Shown here: positions 10,554-20,752 of the stretch, one piece after another
Numbering within the stretch: the stretch's first letter is position 1
Layout: every line of letters begins with the position of its first letter
Assembly (NCBI GenBank): GCA_016194975.1
Contig: JACQAM010000005.1
Location: forward strand, 7,536-71,535
Direction of reading: 5' to 3'
Length of the DNA stretch: 64,000 nucleotides
Origin: Bacteroidota bacterium
GTDB lineage: Bacteria > Bacteroidota > Bacteroidia > Palsa-965
Notes under the pieces: model-generated
What the model was told of the DNA's origin: nothing
What the model saw: the letters and a program-made list of their open reading frames with translations, nothing else
Database searches by the model: none
Translations under genes and position numbers: made by a program

Positions 10554-10676
10554 GGGCATCTCTAAAAACACAGAAATGCAAGGCGGACAAGTCTTAAAAA
10601 CCGGAATTTACTATTCGTAAATGAGGATTTTGAGGACGTAGCCCAACGCAGCAGTTCGAAGTTATTAGAGATGTCC
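10554..10676. mobile_element. 123-bp MITE-like palindromic element with 16-bp terminal inverted repeats
   Basis: GGGCATCTCTAAAAAC (10554-10569) vs GTTATTAGAGATGTCC (10661-10676), 14/16 complementary, with nested inner stems. No transposase nearby. Confidence 0.6.
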
Positions 10677-10681
10677 TTTTT

Positions 10682-11962
10682 TTATTTCCTCTTCCCGGCA
10701 ACCAGCTCTATAAGATCTTCTTTCTTCAAATATTTCTGAGCAAGATCGCGGATCTCATTGGCAGAAACAGAACGGATCGTTTCGAGATAACTTGAAAAAT
10801 AATCATAACCGAGCCCGTATCCCATCAGGCCTTTGAAACGGTCGGCAAGAGCGAAAGGCCCGTCGGTACTGCGCAGGAAAACGCCGGTCATATAATTTCT
10901 CACGAGATCCAATTCCGATTCAGGAATATTATCATTCTGCAACTTTTCTATTTCCACATAAATTTCTTTCAACGCCGCTTCTGTTACATCCACACCCACT
11001 TCGGTGGAGATCACAAAATATCCCGCTTCCTGCAGTGAAATAATTCCCGAGCCAATTCCGTAAGTATAACCTTTGTCTTCGCGGATATTCGCCATCAGGC
11101 GCGAACCGAAATAGCCGCCAAGCACGGTATTCAGTACAAGCATTTTCTGGTAATCGGCATGTTTTTTATTGAACAAACTTCTTCCCATGCGGATGGAGGA
11201 TTGCATCGCCCCTTCTTTTTCAACCGTGTGAATGCGTTGTTGTAATTTTGCGAGAGCCGGCAAAGAATTATTATGCACTTCCCCATTGGAATATTTCCCG
11301 AAACACATTTCTAATTGTTGTTGAAGATGATCCGGAATTTTCCCACTTACAACGATCGTGCAGTTTTTGAGCGAATAGAATTTTTCATGGAATGAAATAA
11401 TATCATTTTCATGGAGCGAATCGAAATCTTCGAGCTTCGCTGCTCTTCCATAAGGATGATCTTCACCGAAAAGAAGGCCGTTGAATTTACGTCTCGAAAG
11501 TGTAGCTACTTTTTCAGAATCCACCACGAATTGCTGTCGTTTATTTGAACTGTATATCAGGAATTCTTCATTGGGGTACGACGCATTAACTAAAATATCT
11601 TCTGCAAGAGGGAGTGTTGAAGAAAGATGCTTGTTAAGTGTAAAAAGAGTAAAGCTGGCTGTATCCTGGTTCAATTCTGTTTCTGTGAATGCACCGAAAA
11701 AATCAAGTTCTTCGGCTATCGTTTCCGCATTCTTTGTTTTTGTTCCTTCCTCCAGCATTTCACTCGCAGTTCCTGCAACAAGCGTTCTGGACTGGAATCG
11801 TGTTCCCGCATTGAAAATAAAATCGATACGCACCACTTCCTGGTCACCGGCATTGATGAGAAAAAGCGGAATACCATTCGACAGGCGGAGTTCCTTCGGT
11901 TGCAGGAGCGAAATTTTTCCCACTTCGCGGAATTCGGGAGCCATCGTTCTGTTCAGTTGCAT
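10682..11962 (-). CDS. M16 (pitrilysin) family peptidase, non-catalytic subunit
   Basis: M16 fold motifs (LRLSNG, VLGGYFGSRLMANIREDKGYTY) with no HXXEH. Start moved to ATG 11962, 1 nt after the partner's stop. Confidence 0.9.
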   Translation of the reverse strand: MQLNRTMAPEFREVGKISLLQPKELRLSNGIPLFLINAGDQEVVRIDFIFNAGTRFQSRTLVAGTASEMLEEGTKTKNAETIAEELDFFGAFTETELNQDTASFTLFTLNKHLSSTLPLAEDILVNASYPNEEFLIYSSNKRQQFVVDSEKVATLSRRKFNGLLFGEDHPYGRAAKLEDFDSLHENDIISFHEKFYSLKNCTIVVSGKIPDHLQQQLEMCFGKYSNGEVHNNSLPALAKLQQRIHTVEKEGAMQSSIRMGRSLFNKKHADYQKMLVLNTVLGGYFGSRLMANIREDKGYTYGIGSGIISLQEAGYFVISTEVGVDVTEAALKEIYVEIEKLQNDNIPESELDLVRNYMTGVFLRSTDGPFALADRFKGLMGYGLGYDYFSSYLETIRSVSANEIRDLAQKYLKKEDLIELVAGKRK

Positions 11963-11963
11963 A

Positions 11964-13208
11964 TCAGTTTTTTCTGGAGGATAAATAATGAAGCGAAGAA
12001 CAATTCGTTTTCCGGAAAACATCTTTCGCCAGGCGCTGTACATCATCGGCTGTTACGGCTGCATATTTCACGGTTTCCGTATTGATCATTTCCGCATCGC
12101 CCATCAGTTCAAAAAACGCCAGGTTCATTGCTTTATCAAGCACACCCATTTCACCGAACAGCAAAGACGATTCTATTTTATTTTTCACTTTCGTCAATTC
12201 TCGATCACTGACCTTTTCGTCAGCAAGTTTTTTCAATTCAGAAAAAACTTCTTCTTCGGCTTCGCCGATCTTCACTCCCGGGCTGATCTTCCCGGTCACG
12301 CAGAATAATCCTTTATCATTATCGCCCATTACAAAAGCATTCACTTCGCTGAAAATTCTTTTTTCTTTAACCAACCGGTTATGAAGCCGCGCCGAATTTC
12401 CCCTCGAAAGAATATCGGAGATCACATCCATTGCATGATAATCTTTGTCGTCGCGCGCGCACATGTGAAAATTCAGGTACAGCGCATCGAACGGAACATC
12501 TTTCGTAACCGATTCAAAACGGTATTCTTCCTGCCGCGGTTCCACCGGAAGTTTCCTTCCTGTTTTTTTCCCGGCATCAATCGGCGCGAACCATTTTTCA
12601 GAAAGTTTTTTCACTTCATCTGCCGTCACATTTCCCGCCACCACCAGGATCGCATTCGAAGGACAATAATGTTTTTTGAAAAATGCTTTTACATCTTCCA
12701 TCCGCGCATCTTCAATGTGTTTTATTTCTTTTCCTATCGTCGCCCATTTGTACGGGTGCACCTTGTACGCGAGCGGGCGAATGAGCAACCACGAATCGCC
12801 ATAAGGTTGATTGAGGTAACGTTGTTTGAATTCTTCGATCACCACACTGCGCTGCACTTCTAAACTTTTTTCTGAAAATGCCAATGAAAGCATTCGATCC
12901 GACTCGAGCCAGAAACCGGTTTCAAGATTTTCTGCAGGAAGCGTAAGATAATAATTGGTGATATCGTTCGTGGTGAACGCATTGTTATCTCCGCCCACGC
13001 GCTGCAGCGGTTCATCGTAAGAAGAAATATTTATTGATCCGCCGAACATGAGGTGTTCGAATAAATGCGCGAACCCGGTTTTACTTTCATCTTCATCGCG
13101 CGCGCCCACGTCGTACAGAATGTTGATGCACGCAAGCGGTGTTGCCTCATCGCGATGCACGATCACTCTGAGTCCGTTTACAAGAGTGAATTTTTCAAAT
13201 TTTATCAT
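11964..13208 (-). CDS. M16 (pitrilysin) family zinc peptidase, catalytic subunit
   Basis: Inverted zinc motif FAHLFEHL, NAFTTND, EEFKQR. Confidence 0.92.
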   Translation of the reverse strand: MIKFEKFTLVNGLRVIVHRDEATPLACINILYDVGARDEDESKTGFAHLFEHLMFGGSINISSYDEPLQRVGGDNNAFTTNDITNYYLTLPAENLETGFWLESDRMLSLAFSEKSLEVQRSVVIEEFKQRYLNQPYGDSWLLIRPLAYKVHPYKWATIGKEIKHIEDARMEDVKAFFKKHYCPSNAILVVAGNVTADEVKKLSEKWFAPIDAGKKTGRKLPVEPRQEEYRFESVTKDVPFDALYLNFHMCARDDKDYHAMDVISDILSRGNSARLHNRLVKEKRIFSEVNAFVMGDNDKGLFCVTGKISPGVKIGEAEEEVFSELKKLADEKVSDRELTKVKNKIESSLLFGEMGVLDKAMNLAFFELMGDAEMINTETVKYAAVTADDVQRLAKDVFRKTNCSSLHYLSSRKN

Positions 13209-13240
13209 CTTTAATAATTCTGAATTTTGAATTTTTATTC

Positions 13241-13324
13241 GGGCGTGCCGGTAAAGCAGAACTTCGTTCGCTTCACCGTCGGGCTATCCGCGGTGCGGGG
13301 CACCTTGCTGCTATCCCTCACGCA
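13241..13324 (+). ncRNA. Flavo-1-like structured RNA/repeat
   Basis: GGGCGTGCC...GTCGGGCTATCCGC...GCTGCTATCCCTCACGCA matches the Flavo-1 consensus as I recall it; outer GCGTG/CACGC stem plus two inner hairpins. Confidence 0.6.
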
Positions 13325-13453
13325 ATTTTCTTTCCCTGTCAAATTTACGGGCCGCTTCAAGCAAGGCACGTTTTCTCATCCACATAGGAACGTAGGGTTT
13401 CAGTCGATCTAATTTACGCTGCTCCTCTTTCTGAATTTCCTCTTTACTTTTTT

Positions 13454-14392
13454 TCATTGGCACATTTCATTTTTCACCGAATCAAATTCATTCATAATTT
13501 CTTTTACAATTTCGGCAGCAGGTTTTATTTCTTTTATCATCGCGCTCACCTGCCCTATTTCCAGTTCGCCTTCATCCATATCACCTTCAAACATTCCTTT
13601 TTTCGCACGTGCGCGCCCGAGAATTTTTTTCAGCTCTTCGGTAGTTGCTCCATTATGTTCCGCATTCTCTATCGCTTTGTAAAAACTATTCCTGATCATC
13701 CGCACCGGCACAAGTTGTTTCATCGTGAGGATCGTATCGCCTTCATGCGCATGCACAATTGCATTTTTAAAATTCTCATGTCCCGACGATTCTTTCGAAG
13801 CAGCAAAACGAGATCCGATCTGAACAGCATCAGCGCCCAGCGCCATTGCCGCCAGCATCTGTCGGCCTGAGGCAATTCCTCCTGCTGCGATCACAGGAAC
13901 ATCTACTTCTTTTTTCACCATAGGAATCAGCACCATCGTCGTTGTTTCTTCTCTTCCATTATGTCCGCCCGCTTCAAATCCTTCTGCAACTACAGCATCC
14001 ACTCCTGCTTCCTGGCTCTTCTGTGCAAATTTTACATTGGCAACCACGTGCACCACTTTTATTCCGTGCTCTTTCAGTTTCGGTGTCCACGTTTTCGGAT
14101 TTCCTGCGGAAGTAAAAACTATTTTCACTTTCTCCTCGAGAATAACAGCTATATGTTTATCAATATCAGGATACAAAAGCGGAACATTCACACCGAAAGG
14201 ATTGTTCGTCGCCGCATTGCATTTCCTGATATGTTCACGAAGAATTTCGGGATACATGGAGCCCGAACCGATAAGTCCGAGTCCGCCCGCATTGCTCACC
14301 GCGGAGGCCAGTTCCCATCCGCTGCACCAGATCATTCCTGCCTGCACAATGGGATATTTTATTCCGAAAAGTTGCCTGATCCTGTTCTCCAT
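13454..14392 (-). CDS. Nitronate monooxygenase / FabK-like flavoenzyme
   Basis: PIVQAGMIW, AGGLGLIG, EGFEAGGH, VIAAGGI, GSRF; FMN TIM-barrel family. Start moved to ATG 14392, downstream of a TACTTTTG box. Confidence 0.85.
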   Translation of the reverse strand: MENRIRQLFGIKYPIVQAGMIWCSGWELASAVSNAGGLGLIGSGSMYPEILREHIRKCNAATNNPFGVNVPLLYPDIDKHIAVILEEKVKIVFTSAGNPKTWTPKLKEHGIKVVHVVANVKFAQKSQEAGVDAVVAEGFEAGGHNGREETTTMVLIPMVKKEVDVPVIAAGGIASGRQMLAAMALGADAVQIGSRFAASKESSGHENFKNAIVHAHEGDTILTMKQLVPVRMIRNSFYKAIENAEHNGATTEELKKILGRARAKKGMFEGDMDEGELEIGQVSAMIKEIKPAAEIVKEIMNEFDSVKNEMCQ

Positions 14393-14471
14393 GAGGGTTT
14401 CAAAAGTAAGGAGTAAATTCATTTGAATCCGTTATCAACCATTCCCGGTGAAAACACCATAATGCGGCACT

Positions 14472-14501
14472 TGTAAATGCGGTTTACATTCAGTACTTTC
14501 G
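14472..14501 (+). promoter_or_regulatory. Palindrome TGTAAA-N5-TTTACA followed by TACTTTCG -7-like box
   Basis: Perfect 6-bp arms at 14472-14477 and 14483-14488; -7-like box at 14494-14501 upstream of the first DUF6089 gene. Confidence 0.4.
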
Positions 14502-14531
14502 TAATTCAAGGTAACCCGAAAAATTGTGAAC

Positions 14532-15497
14532 ATGAGGAAGCTGTTTTTACTTGTCATAGTCGCTTTTGCACCCGCAGTCATCAATGCCCAGTATTATTGG
14601 GATTATGGCGTATCGACCGGCGCTGCAAATTATCTCGGAGAAATGGGTGGAAAACAACTTACCCGCCGTGATTTTGTTTCCGACATGAAGTTGCAGGAAA
14701 CAAGAAGTTCCGTTGGTGTTTTCGCACGCTATAAGATCGCACAGCAGTTTTCTGTTAAAGCATCTTTCAATTATGCGAATATCCGCGGAGACGATGCTTT
14801 GTCAACTAATCCTGCCCGTCATTATCGCAATCTTAGTTTTTCAAATAATCTGTGGGAATTGAATGCACAATGTCAATGGTTTTTTTATGAAGTAAATGAC
14901 CTCGGGCATACGTATCGTTACAAAGACAATTTCCGTGCATACATTGCATTGGGCGCTGGTGGAATGTATCACAATCCACGTGCAAAATATAATGGTGAGT
15001 GGGTGGATCTTCGTCCGCTGATGACTGAAGACCACAAATACACAACGATCACAATGACCATTCCTGCTTCAGCAGGATTTTATTTCACCATCAATAAGCA
15101 TTACCGCATTGGCTGGGAATTCTGCTGGAGAACTACATTCACCGATTATCTTGATGATGCATCCACTCATTATGTAGATAAATCCGGGGATCCGAATCCG
15201 CTGGCTTCTATCATGGCCGACAGAACGGATCATGCTGCTGCTAATGCATGGGGCGCTGCACAAAATCCTCCACAACCCGGTTTCGGAAATAATTTCGGTT
15301 ACCACGTTTGGTATGATGACCAGGGCAATGCTCATTTCAACAAGCGGGGCGATTCCACACATAATGATTCTTTCATGACCACTGATGTTGAATTCAGTTA
15401 TGTTTTCCGTGGCAAATCTTCCCTCTATCGTTCGCATTACAGTTCCATCTTCAAAGGAAAAAAATACAAGCACCGCAAGGTGAGGGCTAAGTTCTGA
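14532..15497 (+). CDS. DUF6089 / PorG-like outer-membrane beta-barrel protein, paralog 1
   Basis: Signal peptide; GAANYLGEMGG, RNLSF, FTDYLDD, RGD...DS motifs; alternating beta-strands. Confidence 0.75.
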   Translation: MRKLFLLVIVAFAPAVINAQYYWDYGVSTGAANYLGEMGGKQLTRRDFVSDMKLQETRSSVGVFARYKIAQQFSVKASFNYANIRGDDALSTNPARHYRNLSFSNNLWELNAQCQWFFYEVNDLGHTYRYKDNFRAYIALGAGGMYHNPRAKYNGEWVDLRPLMTEDHKYTTITMTIPASAGFYFTINKHYRIGWEFCWRTTFTDYLDDASTHYVDKSGDPNPLASIMADRTDHAAANAWGAAQNPPQPGFGNNFGYHVWYDDQGNAHFNKRGDSTHNDSFMTTDVEFSYVFRGKSSLYRSHYSSIFKGKKYKHRKVRAKF

Positions 15498-15513
15498 TTC
15501 CCATTCCTCATTG

Positions 15514-15545
15514 AAAGCCGCCGGTAAATAACCGGCGGCTTTTTT
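15514..15545 (+). terminator. Intrinsic terminator after DUF6089 paralog 1
   Basis: AAAGCCGCCGGT-AAATA-ACCGGCGGCT followed by a T tract. Confidence 0.85.
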
Positions 15546-15621
15546 CGTTAACAAGTTTTCCTCTCAGGGAACTTTATTCCTTTTTGCCCGTACAATGTGT
15601 TAACCCTTCAACCGTGCTGTC

Positions 15622-16596
15622 ATGAAAAAAAATAAAACTTTTACCCGCAATTTATTTTTTGTCTCTGCTGTATTTTTTCTTCCCCTCATTTCTTCCGCAC
15701 AGTATTTCTGGGATGCCGGATTTCATGCCGGTGCTTCCAATTATCTTGGCGATATGGGAGGAAACCAGTTGACGAGACGCGATTTCGTTTCCGATATGAA
15801 ACTTACGCAAACGCGTATGAGCGCAGGAACATTTGTCCGCTACAGGATCAATCCAATGCTTTCTGTGCAGGCCGATTTGAATTGGACGAGAATTGCGGGC
15901 GATGATAAATTATCATCCAACCCCGGAAGAAATGGCCGCAATCTCAGTTTCCGCAATGATATTTTTGAAATGACCGCGCAAGCCCAATATTTCTTTTATG
16001 AAGTGAATGATCTTGGCCACACTTACCGTTACAGAAATAATTTCCGTGCTTATGTGGGCCTTGGTGTTGGAGCGGCTTATCACAATCCAAAAACACTTTA
16101 TGATGGAAACTGGGTGGCTTTGCGTCCATTGGAAACGGAAGGAAATCATTATACCACCATCACTGCTGTGATTCCTGCAAGCGCCGGATTTTATGTAACG
16201 CTCAATAAACATTATCGCATCGGATGGAATCTCACCTGGAGAACAACATTCACCGATTATCTTGATGATGTGAGCACCACTTACAAAGATCCTTCTCAAT
16301 TAAAATCTCCGCTCTCTGCAGAACTTGCCAATCGTACTGATGAGTTGAATGTGACGAATGCATTCGCAGAGAATTTTACTCCCGGAAATAAACGAGGTGA
16401 TCCTACTCATAATGATTCTTATCTCACCACTTCTGTTGACATGAGTTATGTGATCCGCGGGCGCAGTGCCACATTCACACACATTGATTCGCGCTATCCA
16501 TGGATCAGCGACCGGCAACAACACCCTTCAAAATACAACGGGCCATCGCATCACCCGCATGCGCTCCTGATCCGCAAACACAGGTACCACTGGTAA
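15622..16596 (+). CDS. DUF6089 / PorG-like outer-membrane beta-barrel protein, paralog 2
   Basis: Same motifs; shares exact blocks with paralog 1 (LTRRDFVSDMKL, FFYEVNDLGHTYRY, WRTTFTDYLDD). Confidence 0.75.
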   Translation: MKKNKTFTRNLFFVSAVFFLPLISSAQYFWDAGFHAGASNYLGDMGGNQLTRRDFVSDMKLTQTRMSAGTFVRYRINPMLSVQADLNWTRIAGDDKLSSNPGRNGRNLSFRNDIFEMTAQAQYFFYEVNDLGHTYRYRNNFRAYVGLGVGAAYHNPKTLYDGNWVALRPLETEGNHYTTITAVIPASAGFYVTLNKHYRIGWNLTWRTTFTDYLDDVSTTYKDPSQLKSPLSAELANRTDELNVTNAFAENFTPGNKRGDPTHNDSYLTTSVDMSYVIRGRSATFTHIDSRYPWISDRQQHPSKYNGPSHHPHALLIRKHRYHW

Positions 16597-16606
16597 TTTT
16601 TTTAAT

Positions 16607-16640
16607 AAGCCGCTTTCTTCATTGAAAGCGGTTTTTCTTT
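16607..16640 (+). terminator. Intrinsic terminator after DUF6089 paralog 2
   Basis: AAGCCGCTTTC-loop-GAAAGCGGTTT followed by a T-rich tract. Confidence 0.75.
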
Positions 16641-16644
16641 TGGA

Positions 16645-17541
16645 ATGAAAAAATATATTTTCTCAACCGTAATTTTCTTTTTGTTGTTTGCCATTCCCAC
16701 GAATGCGCAATATGCGTTGAGTTACGGTAGCAGTTTCGGCGCATCGGCATACCGTGGTGAAATGGGAATGAATCATAAGGATTTTCAGCTTTTCAAAAAA
16801 AGAAATGAGATCAATATTTCCTATGGGATTTATGCACGTTATAAATTAAAGCCCGCTATTTTTCTGAAAGCCGATCTTCTTTTCTCAAGAATTTCCGGAA
16901 GCGACCAGTATTCCACTGATCCATCGAGGCGATTCCGAAATCTTGATTTCAGGAATGATCTTGTCGAACTCAATTGCCAGGGAGAATTGCGATTGTGGCG
17001 GCAATATATTTTCAACAGCTCTTATCGTTACATCACTTTCTACGAGCTTTTCGTAGCGACCGGGCCTGGAATTGTTTTCAGTAATCCGAAAGCGTTTTAT
17101 GCCGGAGAATGGATTCCGCTTCAGCCGTTAAAAACAGAAGGGCAGCATTATTCAAAAACACAATTTGAAATTCCTTTTTCCATCGGGAGTGCTATCAGTT
17201 ACAGAAAAAAATATAAAGCCGGAATTGATTTTACGTGGCATTCCACTTTCACGGATTATCTCGATGATGTAAGTAAAAATTATGTGGATCCGAATTCTCT
17301 TTCTTCGCAATTGAGCGCAAATCTTGCGAACAGGAGTAGTCAATTTCCTTTTCCTGTGTCAACTTCTGTACTCAATAATTATGCACCGGGCACAGTGCGC
17401 GGTGATCGTTCCCGTTACGATTCGTATTTCACCTGCAATGTAGATCTCGCCTATGTCATCAGGGGACAGACCCGTTATTATCATGTTCGTCCTAATCCGC
17501 AGTGGACTCCTCCAAGGCCCAAGAGTAAAGTAATCTTCTGA
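16645..17541 (+). CDS. DUF6089 / PorG-like outer-membrane beta-barrel protein, paralog 3 (more divergent)
   Basis: GASAYRGEMG, RNLDFRND, FTDYLDDVS, RGD...DSY, DLAYVIRG. Confidence 0.72.
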   Translation: MKKYIFSTVIFFLLFAIPTNAQYALSYGSSFGASAYRGEMGMNHKDFQLFKKRNEINISYGIYARYKLKPAIFLKADLLFSRISGSDQYSTDPSRRFRNLDFRNDLVELNCQGELRLWRQYIFNSSYRYITFYELFVATGPGIVFSNPKAFYAGEWIPLQPLKTEGQHYSKTQFEIPFSIGSAISYRKKYKAGIDFTWHSTFTDYLDDVSKNYVDPNSLSSQLSANLANRSSQFPFPVSTSVLNNYAPGTVRGDRSRYDSYFTCNVDLAYVIRGQTRYYHVRPNPQWTPPRPKSKVIF

Positions 17542-17556
17542 GAAAATAATTAATGA

Positions 17557-18309
17557 TCAGCCCTTCCTGAAAAACTGCAATATTTTCGAGAGCGGTTTTC
17601 TTGTCAATGTAAAAAATCCCGGATTCAATCCGTTCACTTTCCATGCACGACGGTCTTCGCGATTAGCACGTATCCTGTTCTTAACCGTTTTGTTGCTCAT
17701 TCCTCCCGCTCTCATCTTCACCAGAACTTCGTGAATATATGCTGTGGAAATTTTATTTCTGTGCAGCATGCGCAACATCAATTCATAATCGGCTGCGGTA
17801 CGGAATTCTGTGTTGAACATACCGAATTCATCGTAACATTTTTTCGTGAGAAAGAAAGAAGGATGAGGCGGCATCCAACCTTTACGGAATATTCCGTCAT
17901 AATATTCGCAGGATATCCATCTGCGAATTGTTTTCTGAAGATCGTTTCTTTCTACGTAAACAAGATCGCCATAAACACTGCTGACTTTTTTTTCGGAGAA
18001 TATTCTGTTCACACGTGAGAGTATGTGCGCATTCGCATACACATCGTCCGCATGCAGGAACGCGATCACATCACCGGAAGCAAGTTTTATTCCTTTGTTC
18101 AGTGCAAAATAAATTCCATTGTCCTTTTCAGAAATTATTTTTGTAATGCGTGAATGGAATTCATCAATCACCTTCATCGTTCCATCAGTAGAAGCGCCAT
18201 CCACAATAATATATTCCACATCATCATGATCCTGCTCCAGCACAGACCGGACCGTGTCGGCAATGGTAGCTTCATTATTGAAGCAGGCGGTAATGACCGA
18301 TATTTTCAT
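17557..18309 (-). CDS. Glycosyltransferase family 2 (WcaE-like)
   Basis: ISVITACFN, IVDGASTD, FLHADD, PPHPSFF. Confidence 0.9.
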   Translation of the reverse strand: MKISVITACFNNEATIADTVRSVLEQDHDDVEYIIVDGASTDGTMKVIDEFHSRITKIISEKDNGIYFALNKGIKLASGDVIAFLHADDVYANAHILSRVNRIFSEKKVSSVYGDLVYVERNDLQKTIRRWISCEYYDGIFRKGWMPPHPSFFLTKKCYDEFGMFNTEFRTAADYELMLRMLHRNKISTAYIHEVLVKMRAGGMSNKTVKNRIRANREDRRAWKVNGLNPGFFTLTRKPLSKILQFFRKG

Positions 18310-18346
18310 TTAGCTGGATGAAAATTTACAATGTACAATTTACTAT

Positions 18347-19222
18347 TTACAATCCGGAACTGGCGCAAATCATCCTGTCTTTTCCGTGCAGATCTTTTTT
18401 CAGCTGAACATTTTCATATCCTGCTTTCTGAAAGAGAATTGCTGTTTCCAATCCAAGTTGTTCATTGATCTCGACGAATATTTTTCCACCCGGTTTCAAT
18501 TTTATTTTTCCAAAATCTGCAATGGAACTATAAAATAAAAGCGGGTCATCGTCATTCACAAACAAAGCGGAATGTGGTTCGTGCTCAAGAACATTTTTAT
18601 GCATCGAGTTCATCTCCGAGCGTTTTACATAAGGAGGATTGCTTACGATAACTGAACATGGAGGAATTTTTGTCCAATTACTTTTATCAAGTATATCGGC
18701 ATGCAGAAAATGCACTTCGCAATTATTCTTTTCTGCATTTTGTTTTGCAACGGACAATGCCGGTTCAGAAATGTCGAGCGCGTACACGTGACAGCGCGGG
18801 AGATTTTTTTTCAGCGCAACAGCAATACATCCGCTTCCGGTGCCGACGTCAACAATGGAAAAGCTTTCTTTGTGATCCTTTGAATCGTCGATAACCAGTT
18901 TAACCAATTCTTCCGTTTCCGGCCTCGGGATCAGCACTTCGCTGTTAACGGAAAATTCCATTCCATAAAAAAAAGCTTTACCAAGAATATATTGCACCGG
19001 TCTTCCGCGTTTCAGATCCTTCACCGCAAAATGAAATTTAAGCAGATCACTTTCACTCACTGTTCTTCCCGGTTCAAGTAAAAGATCTGTCTTTGAAATG
19101 TGTGAAAAATCAGCCAGGCAATATTCTATAAATTTTTCGATCTCTTCTTTGGGATAAGACGACGACAATTCATTCCTGAAATATTGTGCGATGTCGGTTA
19201 TTTTATTGGATGCGATTTTCAT
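18347..19222 (-). CDS. prmC: Release factor glutamine N5-methyltransferase
   Basis: [29 protein letters not shown]. Confidence 0.95.
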   Translation of the reverse strand: MKIASNKITDIAQYFRNELSSSYPKEEIEKFIEYCLADFSHISKTDLLLEPGRTVSESDLLKFHFAVKDLKRGRPVQYILGKAFFYGMEFSVNSEVLIPRPETEELVKLVIDDSKDHKESFSIVDVGTGSGCIAVALKKNLPRCHVYALDISEPALSVAKQNAEKNNCEVHFLHADILDKSNWTKIPPCSVIVSNPPYVKRSEMNSMHKNVLEHEPHSALFVNDDDPLLFYSSIADFGKIKLKPGGKIFVEINEQLGLETAILFQKAGYENVQLKKDLHGKDRMICASSGL

Positions 19223-20703
19223 TTCTCCTCATTGATTTTTTTCTTCACCGGGAGTTCAACCGGGTTCGGAAATTCATAACCAGGAATTACTCTCAGTCCA
19301 CAGCGCATTCCTTCTTCGATCATGAATTTCCATGCAGCCGCACGTTCATTCGCAACATGACCATCGAGGATCGCTTCTCGAATAGCAGTTTTAATATTTC
19401 CTACCTGCAGTGAAGGTTCGATGCCGAATGCAGCAATGATGTCTTCACCTGTCACCGGCGGTTGCCAGTTACGGATACTGTCCTTCTCCTCGATCTCTTT
19501 CAGTTTCTCCCGAACAAGTTCAAAATTCTTCAGATACTTTTTCACTTTATTTTCCTGCTTCGAAGTAATATCACTTTCGCAGAGTTTCATCAGGTCATCC
19601 ACATCATTACCAGCATCAAACAGCAATCTTCTTATCGCAGAATCGGTCACTTCATCTTTTGAAAGAACGATAGGCCGCAAATGAAGTTGCACCATTTTCT
19701 GTACATACCGCATTTTTTCATTCAGGGGCAATTTCATTTTCGAAAATATTTTCGGCACCATACGCGCACCTTTGTCCTCGTGCCCGTGAAAGGTCCAGCC
19801 ATGCCCGGGTTCGAATTTTTTTGTCGCAGGTTTTGCAATGTCGTGAAGAATGGCAGCCCAGCGCAACCAGAGATCTTCTGAACGTGTGCAGAGATTATCA
19901 AGGACCTGGAGCGTGTGATAAAAATTATCCTTGTGGCCTTTTCCATTTACATATTCCACGCCATGCAAAGCCACCATCTCGGGAAAAATAATATTCAGTA
20001 CACCGGTATCGAAAAGCATTTTGAATCCAACCGAAGGAATTTCCGCAAGAATAATTTTATTAAGTTCGTCAATGATCCTCTCTGCCGAAACAATTTTTAT
20101 CCGCTCTGCATTTTTGCGGATCGCATCGAATGAATTTTTCTCAATAGAATAATTCAGCTGCGTGGCAAAACGTACTGCCCGCATCATGCGCAATGGATCA
20201 TCGGAATAGGTGATATCCGGATCGAGCGGCGTGCGGATTATTTTTTTTTCAATGTCCTCCATTCCATGGAACGGATCCAACATCTCGCCATAATTATTTT
20301 TATTCAGCGAGATCGCCATGGCATTGATCGTGAAATCGCGCCGATCCTGATCATCTTCAAGCGTTCCATCCTCCACGACAGGTTTTCTCGAAGCGCGATC
20401 ATACGATTCTTTTCTTGCTCCTACGAATTCTACATCGTATTCTCCCAATACAATTTGCGCCGTACCGAAATTCCGGAATACATTCACGCGCACACCTTCG
20501 CGCTCAGCAACCGCTTCTGCGAGCGTGATGCCAACCGTTTTATCTCCGCTTCCCTTTCCAACTGCAACGATGTCGATGTCTTTGCAAGGGCGATTTAAAA
20601 CTGCATCGCGCACAAATCCTCCTATAGCATAAGCATCCACATGAAGTTTTTCTGCTTCTTCGGAAACAATTTTAAAAACAGGATGTGTGAGAAATTTCTG
20701 CAT
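19219..20703 (-). CDS. CCA-adding tRNA nucleotidyltransferase with HD domain
   Basis: [34 protein letters not shown]. Confidence 0.9.
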   Translation of the reverse strand: MQKFLTHPVFKIVSEEAEKLHVDAYAIGGFVRDAVLNRPCKDIDIVAVGKGSGDKTVGITLAEAVAEREGVRVNVFRNFGTAQIVLGEYDVEFVGARKESYDRASRKPVVEDGTLEDDQDRRDFTINAMAISLNKNNYGEMLDPFHGMEDIEKKIIRTPLDPDITYSDDPLRMMRAVRFATQLNYSIEKNSFDAIRKNAERIKIVSAERIIDELNKIILAEIPSVGFKMLFDTGVLNIIFPEMVALHGVEYVNGKGHKDNFYHTLQVLDNLCTRSEDLWLRWAAILHDIAKPATKKFEPGHGWTFHGHEDKGARMVPKIFSKMKLPLNEKMRYVQKMVQLHLRPIVLSKDEVTDSAIRRLLFDAGNDVDDLMKLCESDITSKQENKVKKYLKNFELVREKLKEIEEKDSIRNWQPPVTGEDIIAAFGIEPSLQVGNIKTAIREAILDGHVANERAAAWKFMIEEGMRCGLRVIPGYEFPNPVELPVKKKINEEK

Positions 20704-20752
20704 TGGGGCAAAGGTAAAGGATGCAGCGATAAGTCATCGAAGAGTAAAATGA

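Noticed and set aside
10682-12046. 82-nt overlap of the two M16 ORFs as a possible frameshift signal
   Set aside because: Artefact of the upstream start choice; ATG 11962 removes the overlap, giving the usual active/inactive M16 pair.
15546-15559. CGTTAACAAGTTTT shared with 48090-48103 upstream of two envelope genes
   Set aside because: A 14-bp AT-rich match in two copies is plausible by chance; no further evidence.
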